50,886 nucleotides of DNA, taken from contig CAZRKG010000005.1 of assembly GCA_964600635.1 (NCBI GenBank), positions 1 through 50,886 of the forward strand, in the 5' to 3' direction. This DNA is from an uncultured Geobacter sp. (GTDB taxonomy: Bacteria; Desulfobacterota; Desulfuromonadia; Geobacterales; Pseudopelobacteraceae). Shown here one piece after another: positions 45,916 through 50,886 of the stretch. Position 1 is the first letter of the stretch. The number at the start of each line of letters is the position of its first letter. The translations under genes were made by a program, and so were the position numbers. Under the pieces are notes generated by a model. The model ran no database searches, had not been told where the DNA came from, and saw nothing but the letters and a program-made list of their open reading frames with translations.

Positions 45916-47373
45916 ATGATGCTCAAGCTGAAAGATCCGTTACTTTTAAGACAGGACTGTTACATAAACGGCCAATGGCTGGCTGCTGATGGCGGCAAGA
46001 CCATTGATGTTACCAACCCGGCCACAAATGAGCTGCTGGGTACCATCCCCAGAATGGGTACTAATGAGACCCGCCGTGCCATTGAGGCTGCTGATGCAGC
46101 TTTACCTGCCTGGCGTGCCAAAACCGCTAAGGAGCGGGCGATTATCCTGCGGAACTGGTTTAACCTGATGCTGGAACACCAGGAAGATCTGGCGATAATC
46201 ATGACAGCAGAGCAGGGTAAGCCACTGGCTGAATCCCGTGGTGAAATCAGTTATGCTGCTTCTTTTATTGAGTGGTTTGCGGAAGAGGGCAAGCGGCTTT
46301 ACGGTGATACAATCCCCTCCTTTGCCACGGATAAACGGGTGGTTGTAATCAAAGAGCCGATCGGTGTATGTGCTGCAATTACCCCCTGGAACTTCCCCTC
46401 CGCCATGATCACCCGCAAGGCTGGCCCGGCTCTGGCTGCTGGCTGCACAATGGTGGTTAAACCTGCCACCGCCACCCCATATTCTGCCCTGGCACTGGCC
46501 GAGCTTGGCGAGCGTGCCGGTATTCCGGCTGGCGTGTTCAGTGTTATCACCGGTTCATCCAAGGAAATTGGCGATGAAATGACTGCTAACCCGATTGTCC
46601 GCAAGCTGACCTTCACCGGCTCCACTGAAATCGGCAAACAGCTTACCGAGCAGTGTGCCGGCACTATGAAGAAGGTTTCTATGGAGCTGGGCGGCAATGC
46701 CCCTTTTATTGTCTTTGATGATGCTGACCTTGATGCTGCTGTGGATGGTGCCATCGCCTCCAAATACCGCAACACCGGACAGACCTGCGTATGTACCAAC
46801 CGCCTGCTGGTGCAAAGCGGTGTGTATGATGCCTTTGTTGATAAACTTATCATTGCTGTGGCTAAAATGAGGGTTGGTAACGGCCTGACCGATGATGTGC
46901 AACAGGGGCCGCTGATTGATGAAGCATCGGTACAGAAGGTGGAAGAGCATATTGAGGATGCGGTTTCAAAGGGTGCCAGGATTGCACTGGGCGGCAAGCG
47001 GCACGATCTGGGCGGTACGTTCTTCCAGCCCACTGTTATCTGCGATGTAACCCCTCAGATGCTGGTGGCACGGGAGGAGACCTTTGGCCCATTGGCCCCG
47101 ATCTTCCGATTTGAGAGCGATGAAGATGCGGTAAAAATGGCCAATGATACTGAGTTTGGCCTGGCTTCCTACTTTTACACCCGCGATATTGGTCGGGTCT
47201 GGCGGGTGGCAGAGGCGTTGGAGTACGGCATGGTGGGGATCAACACCGGCCTGGTCTCCACCGAGATCGCCCCCTTTGGTGGTGTCAAGGAATCTGGCCT
47301 GGGGCGTGAAGGCTCCAGGTACGGTATCGAAGAGTTCTGTGAGATAAAATACCTCTGCATGGGCGGGATCTGA
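45916..47373 (+). CDS. gabD: NAD(P)+-dependent succinate-semialdehyde dehydrogenase
   Basis: ITPWNFP, FTGSTE.G, MELGGNAP, RNTGQTCVC, EETFGP, PFGGVKESG.GREGS. Confidence 0.93.
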   Translation: MMLKLKDPLLLRQDCYINGQWLAADGGKTIDVTNPATNELLGTIPRMGTNETRRAIEAADAALPAWRAKTAKERAIILRNWFNLMLEHQEDLAIIMTAEQGKPLAESRGEISYAASFIEWFAEEGKRLYGDTIPSFATDKRVVVIKEPIGVCAAITPWNFPSAMITRKAGPALAAGCTMVVKPATATPYSALALAELGERAGIPAGVFSVITGSSKEIGDEMTANPIVRKLTFTGSTEIGKQLTEQCAGTMKKVSMELGGNAPFIVFDDADLDAAVDGAIASKYRNTGQTCVCTNRLLVQSGVYDAFVDKLIIAVAKMRVGNGLTDDVQQGPLIDEASVQKVEEHIEDAVSKGARIALGGKRHDLGGTFFQPTVICDVTPQMLVAREETFGPLAPIFRFESDEDAVKMANDTEFGLASYFYTRDIGRVWRVAEALEYGMVGINTGLVSTEIAPFGGVKESGLGREGSRYGIEEFCEIKYLCMGGI

Positions 47374-47380
47374 TTAAGTT

Positions 47381-50164
47381 ATGAGTTTTACTCATCCATC
47401 ATTAAGGGCCAAAATGACACTGGCAGTAACCAGCCTCATCTTAATAATGATGCTGGTTACTGCTGTTGGTACACTATCCTATTTTCAGAAGCAGTACAAA
47501 ACCACCCTGACCACCCATCAGATCGGCATGTTGGAGCTGCTGGCTGACAGCATAGATGCAGCCATAAATACTGCACAGTTTGCACTTGCCAGCAATGCCA
47601 GAAATTTTCCTGCTGAAATTGTAAATGATCCGCAAAAGATCCAGCAATGGCTGGAAAGCCGCACCGGCCTTAAAACCCAGTTCTTCACAAACCATCTGAT
47701 GGTGTTTGACCAGAACGGTTCTGTGGTGGCCCTTACCCCTTTAAGTCATGATATTACCCATGCTGAACAACATATCCATAATGTGGTTGGGAAGACCTTT
47801 GCCTTTGGCAGCTCCCAGATAAGTACCCCCATACCCTGTTGCAACAACTCCAAAGAACTACAGATGGTCTTTACCGCACCTGTGAAGGTAAATGGTGTGC
47901 AGAAGCTGGTTCTGGCCGGCAGTTTTAATATGAACAGGCCCAATTTCCTGTCTAATTTTCTGAATGTGAAAATTGGTCATAACGGTGCTATCCGGCTGAT
48001 TAACCGTGAACATCGGGTCATTCTGCACTCTGATCAGTCCAGGGTTCACCATATAGCGGTTGATGGTCTGGCAAGGGCCATTGATCAGGCCTTTGAGGAA
48101 CAAGCACCAGTTAATCTGCGGCACAAAGATGCCTATAACCGTGATGTTATTACCAGCCTGGTGATGCTTAAAAATGCCCAGATCCTGGTGGCTTCCAGCT
48201 ATCAGGTTTCTGAGGCTTACGCCGCTGCCAAATCAGCCCGTAACCTGTTTATCTGGGTAACTCTGATCGGTATGCTGGCAGCTTTTCTGGTCATATTGCT
48301 GATGATGCGTATGCTGACCCGTCCATTAACAACCCTGGCCAGCCATGTTTCCAGCCTGCCGGAAAAGAGCGGTGATGAGCGTTTCATACATCTGCCTGTC
48401 AATGGTGAAATCGGGAACCTGACCAATGCCTTTAACAAGATGGTGCAGGATCTTGAAAGCCAGACCAGTGCCCTTGTGACCAGTGAACAGCGTTATCGGA
48501 TAGTTACAGAGTTTACCAGTGATTTCACCTTCTGGCGGTTGCCGAATGGCAGCTTTGAGTTTCTGTCGCCCTCCTGCTATGAACTGACCGGATACAGCCG
48601 TGAAGAGCTGTACAAAACCCCTGATCTGATTGACAGGATCGTTCATCCCGATGATCTGGAGACTGCCAGAAATACAATCTCTGAAATTGAACCGGAACAG
48701 GCTGATCAGTATTTTGAACTGGAATACCGGATTTTAACCAAAGGTGGCACAGAACGCTGGATACGCCATACCTGTCGTTCAATAATTGATGAAAAAGGCA
48801 ACTTCCTGGGACGGCGGGGCTGCTGGAGCGACATTTCAGAACATAAGCAACTGGCAGATCAGGTAAATCATATGGTGCAGCATGACCTGCTGACCGGTCT
48901 GCCCAATCGTTCCATGTTCACCAGTTGTCTTCATAAACTGACAGCAAACAAACCGGAACAGAAGATGGCCATTGTTCTGCTCCTTGGTATCGACCGCTTC
49001 AAGCTGATAAATGATACCCTTGGCCATGAAACTGGCGACCAGTTGCTGGTGATGGTGGCAGAACGTTTGCGTAAATTGCTGCAATCCGGCGATACCTTAA
49101 GCCGTTTTGGCGGTGATGTGTTTGCCTTCATCCTGCCCGGACGTGACAGCCGCCATGAAGCTGTAACCATTGCCTACCGGATTCTGGAATGTCTGGAAAC
49201 ACCATTTAATGCCAGGGGCCAGCAGGTGGCTTTAAGCGGCAGTATCGGCATTGCCCTCTATCCCCAGGATGGTGAAGGGCCGGAGGCACTCCAGAAAAAT
49301 GCTGAAACAGCCATGTACGATGCAAAAAGAAATGGCAAAAACTGTTTCCGTTTCTATGCCAGGGAGATGAACGCCCAGGCCGCCTATATGTTGCAGTTGG
49401 ACAGCAGCATGTCGGCCAGCCTGCATAATCATGACTTTTTCTTGCAGTATCAGCCACAACTGGAACTTTATGATAACCAGATTGTGGCGGTGGAGGCACT
49501 GCTGCGTTGGCGACATCCCGAACTGGGCATGATTCCGCCTGATCGCTTCATTCCGTTGGCAGAGGAAAGCGGCTTTATCATAAAACTGGGTGAATGGGTT
49601 CTGCGGACCGCCTGTAGACAGTGTGCAGAATGGCAGCAGACCGGCCTGGCACCACTACGGGTGGCTGTGAACGTCTCTGGCCGCCAGTTTGCGGAGCCTG
49701 ATTTTGTGGATTTAGTGACCGATGCCCTGGCGGAAAGTGGCCTGCCAGCTAACCTGCTGGAGCTGGAACTGACTGAAAGCCTGTTGGTTACAAACGCACA
49801 CCAGGCTTTGCAGAAGTTGCAGATGTTAAAGCAGATGGGGATTCAACTGGCAGTGGACGACTTTGGTACCGGCTACTCATCATTGGCCTATCTGAAACAT
49901 TTCCCGCTGGATCGTCTTAAAGTTGATAAATCATTTATTGATGAGATTCTGACCAATCAGGATGATGCCGCCATTGCAGAGGCGATTATTGCAATGGCCC
50001 ATGCTCTTAAATTGAAGGTAATTGCAGAGGGTGTGGAGACAGCAGACCAGTTGGCTTTTCTGGAGCAGCGGGGTTGTAATGAGATTCAGGGTTACTTCCT
50101 GAGCAAGCCGCTGTTTGATTCTGATCTGCGGTCTTTTGTGGCAACCCGCAGAGAAGAAGGGTAG
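47381..50164 (+). CDS. Membrane sensor (Cache-like)-HAMP-PAS-GGDEF(degenerate)-EAL c-di-GMP enzyme
   Basis: 2 TM, HAMP, PAS (VHPDD), HDLLTGLPNR, RFGGDVF, EALLRW, DDFGTGYSSL, EGVE. Confidence 0.92.
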   Translation: MSFTHPSLRAKMTLAVTSLILIMMLVTAVGTLSYFQKQYKTTLTTHQIGMLELLADSIDAAINTAQFALASNARNFPAEIVNDPQKIQQWLESRTGLKTQFFTNHLMVFDQNGSVVALTPLSHDITHAEQHIHNVVGKTFAFGSSQISTPIPCCNNSKELQMVFTAPVKVNGVQKLVLAGSFNMNRPNFLSNFLNVKIGHNGAIRLINREHRVILHSDQSRVHHIAVDGLARAIDQAFEEQAPVNLRHKDAYNRDVITSLVMLKNAQILVASSYQVSEAYAAAKSARNLFIWVTLIGMLAAFLVILLMMRMLTRPLTTLASHVSSLPEKSGDERFIHLPVNGEIGNLTNAFNKMVQDLESQTSALVTSEQRYRIVTEFTSDFTFWRLPNGSFEFLSPSCYELTGYSREELYKTPDLIDRIVHPDDLETARNTISEIEPEQADQYFELEYRILTKGGTERWIRHTCRSIIDEKGNFLGRRGCWSDISEHKQLADQVNHMVQHDLLTGLPNRSMFTSCLHKLTANKPEQKMAIVLLLGIDRFKLINDTLGHETGDQLLVMVAERLRKLLQSGDTLSRFGGDVFAFILPGRDSRHEAVTIAYRILECLETPFNARGQQVALSGSIGIALYPQDGEGPEALQKNAETAMYDAKRNGKNCFRFYAREMNAQAAYMLQLDSSMSASLHNHDFFLQYQPQLELYDNQIVAVEALLRWRHPELGMIPPDRFIPLAEESGFIIKLGEWVLRTACRQCAEWQQTGLAPLRVAVNVSGRQFAEPDFVDLVTDALAESGLPANLLELELTESLLVTNAHQALQKLQMLKQMGIQLAVDDFGTGYSSLAYLKHFPLDRLKVDKSFIDEILTNQDDAAIAEAIIAMAHALKLKVIAEGVETADQLAFLEQRGCNEIQGYFLSKPLFDSDLRSFVATRREEG

Positions 50165-50173
50165 GGCGTTTTT

Positions 50174-50884
50174 TTAACTGCCAAACTGTTTTTGCAGCTC
50201 CACTGCCCTTAGTTTTACATCCTGGGGCAGATCACTTTTGATGAAGCAGGTCAGCAGCCTGCTGATCTGCTCACTGGCAATGTCTGACAATCCTCCGGTT
50301 TCCAGTCTGCTGGCAATGTTGGCCAGCAGTTTTTCTTTGGATTGATGCCCGCTGAAAACCACCGCCATAATCCTGTCCTTAACCTCACCATCATCTGTCA
50401 GGGGCCATAACGCCTCTGCTTCGCTAAGAATGGTCTTACGGATCTTCTGAAGCTTTTCCTCTTTATTATCCTGACTGGCTTCCCAACTGTTGGGCCAGGT
50501 ATCAATATAACTGTCCACCTCGTTTTCATCCCAGATCTTATCCAGCATAAACGCAAAGTAGGTCAGTATCTTGATCTGATACAGCCGGTTACTTTCCTGT
50601 AGCGGCCCCAGTAGGTCTTTCAGGTAGCCCATTGTCAGGCCACAACTGCCGTTGCAGATAAAGCGGTAAACGCTCTCACCTTTTTCCACCTGTTTTTCCA
50701 TATACTTGGCTTTAAGGTGGCTGCCAAGGGATGTGCTGGCTACCTTTTTGAAGAAGACCGATAACAGGTTAGAGGCGTGGTGCTTGGCCTGCATATCAAT
50801 CTCATCGGAAAGCACCATATCAAGGCAGGCGTTAAATATTTTCACCTGCTCCTGTTCATCCTGGGATGACTCAATATATTGATC
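50174..50884 (-). CDS. Hypothetical alpha-helical protein, probably 5'-truncated by the window edge
   Basis: The frame stays open upstream of 50845 to the end of the window (DQYIESSQDEQEQVKIF...). No recognised motif. Confidence 0.6.
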   Translation of the reverse strand, partial: DQYIESSQDEQEQVKIFNACLDMVLSDEIDMQAKHHASNLLSVFFKKVASTSLGSHLKAKYMEKQVEKGESVYRFICNGSCGLTMGYLKDLLGPLQESNRLYQIKILTYFAFMLDKIWDENEVDSYIDTWPNSWEASQDNKEEKLQKIRKTILSEAEALWPLTDDGEVKDRIMAVVFSGHQSKEKLLANIASRLETGGLSDIASEQISRLLTCFIKSDLPQDVKLRAVELQKQFGS

Positions 50885-50886
50885 CA

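Overview
A mostly core-genome window from an anaerobic deltaproteobacterium; protein style and gene content suggest Geobacteraceae (inference). It carries housekeeping clusters: cysM-glyQS-MCP/hemerythrin-hisAFE-rpsU-dnaG-rpoD on the minus strand; rho-rpmE-thyX-DUF1385-prfA-prmC-hpt, FabMG-like-bamD-plsY and yebC-msrA-ruvC-ruvA on the plus strand; plus tRNA-Cys, gabD and a PAS-GGDEF-EAL gene. Two things stand out. (1) A ~10.2 kb minus-strand three-gene accessory locus (34948-45088) sits where ruvB would normally follow ruvA. It encodes a ~2520-aa TcB/TcC-fusion-like Rhs/YD protein whose tip has glycine-zipper membrane helices and a putative permuted papain-like His...Cys enzyme, a glycine-rich (GGxGGxGG/Gxx) protein, and a translationally coupled protein ending in a non-canonical Hint autoprocessing domain (Cys1 ... 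GD instead of HN). No TcA, VgrG/PAAR, signal peptide or clear immunity gene is visible, so this is a candidate undescribed protein-delivery/toxin system. (2) A dispersed 123-bp palindromic MITE-like repeat occurs as 5 full copies plus 1 partial, with 19-bp terminal inverted repeats and TAA/TTA target duplications, mostly right after stop codons. All calls come from motif reading only; no searches were run.
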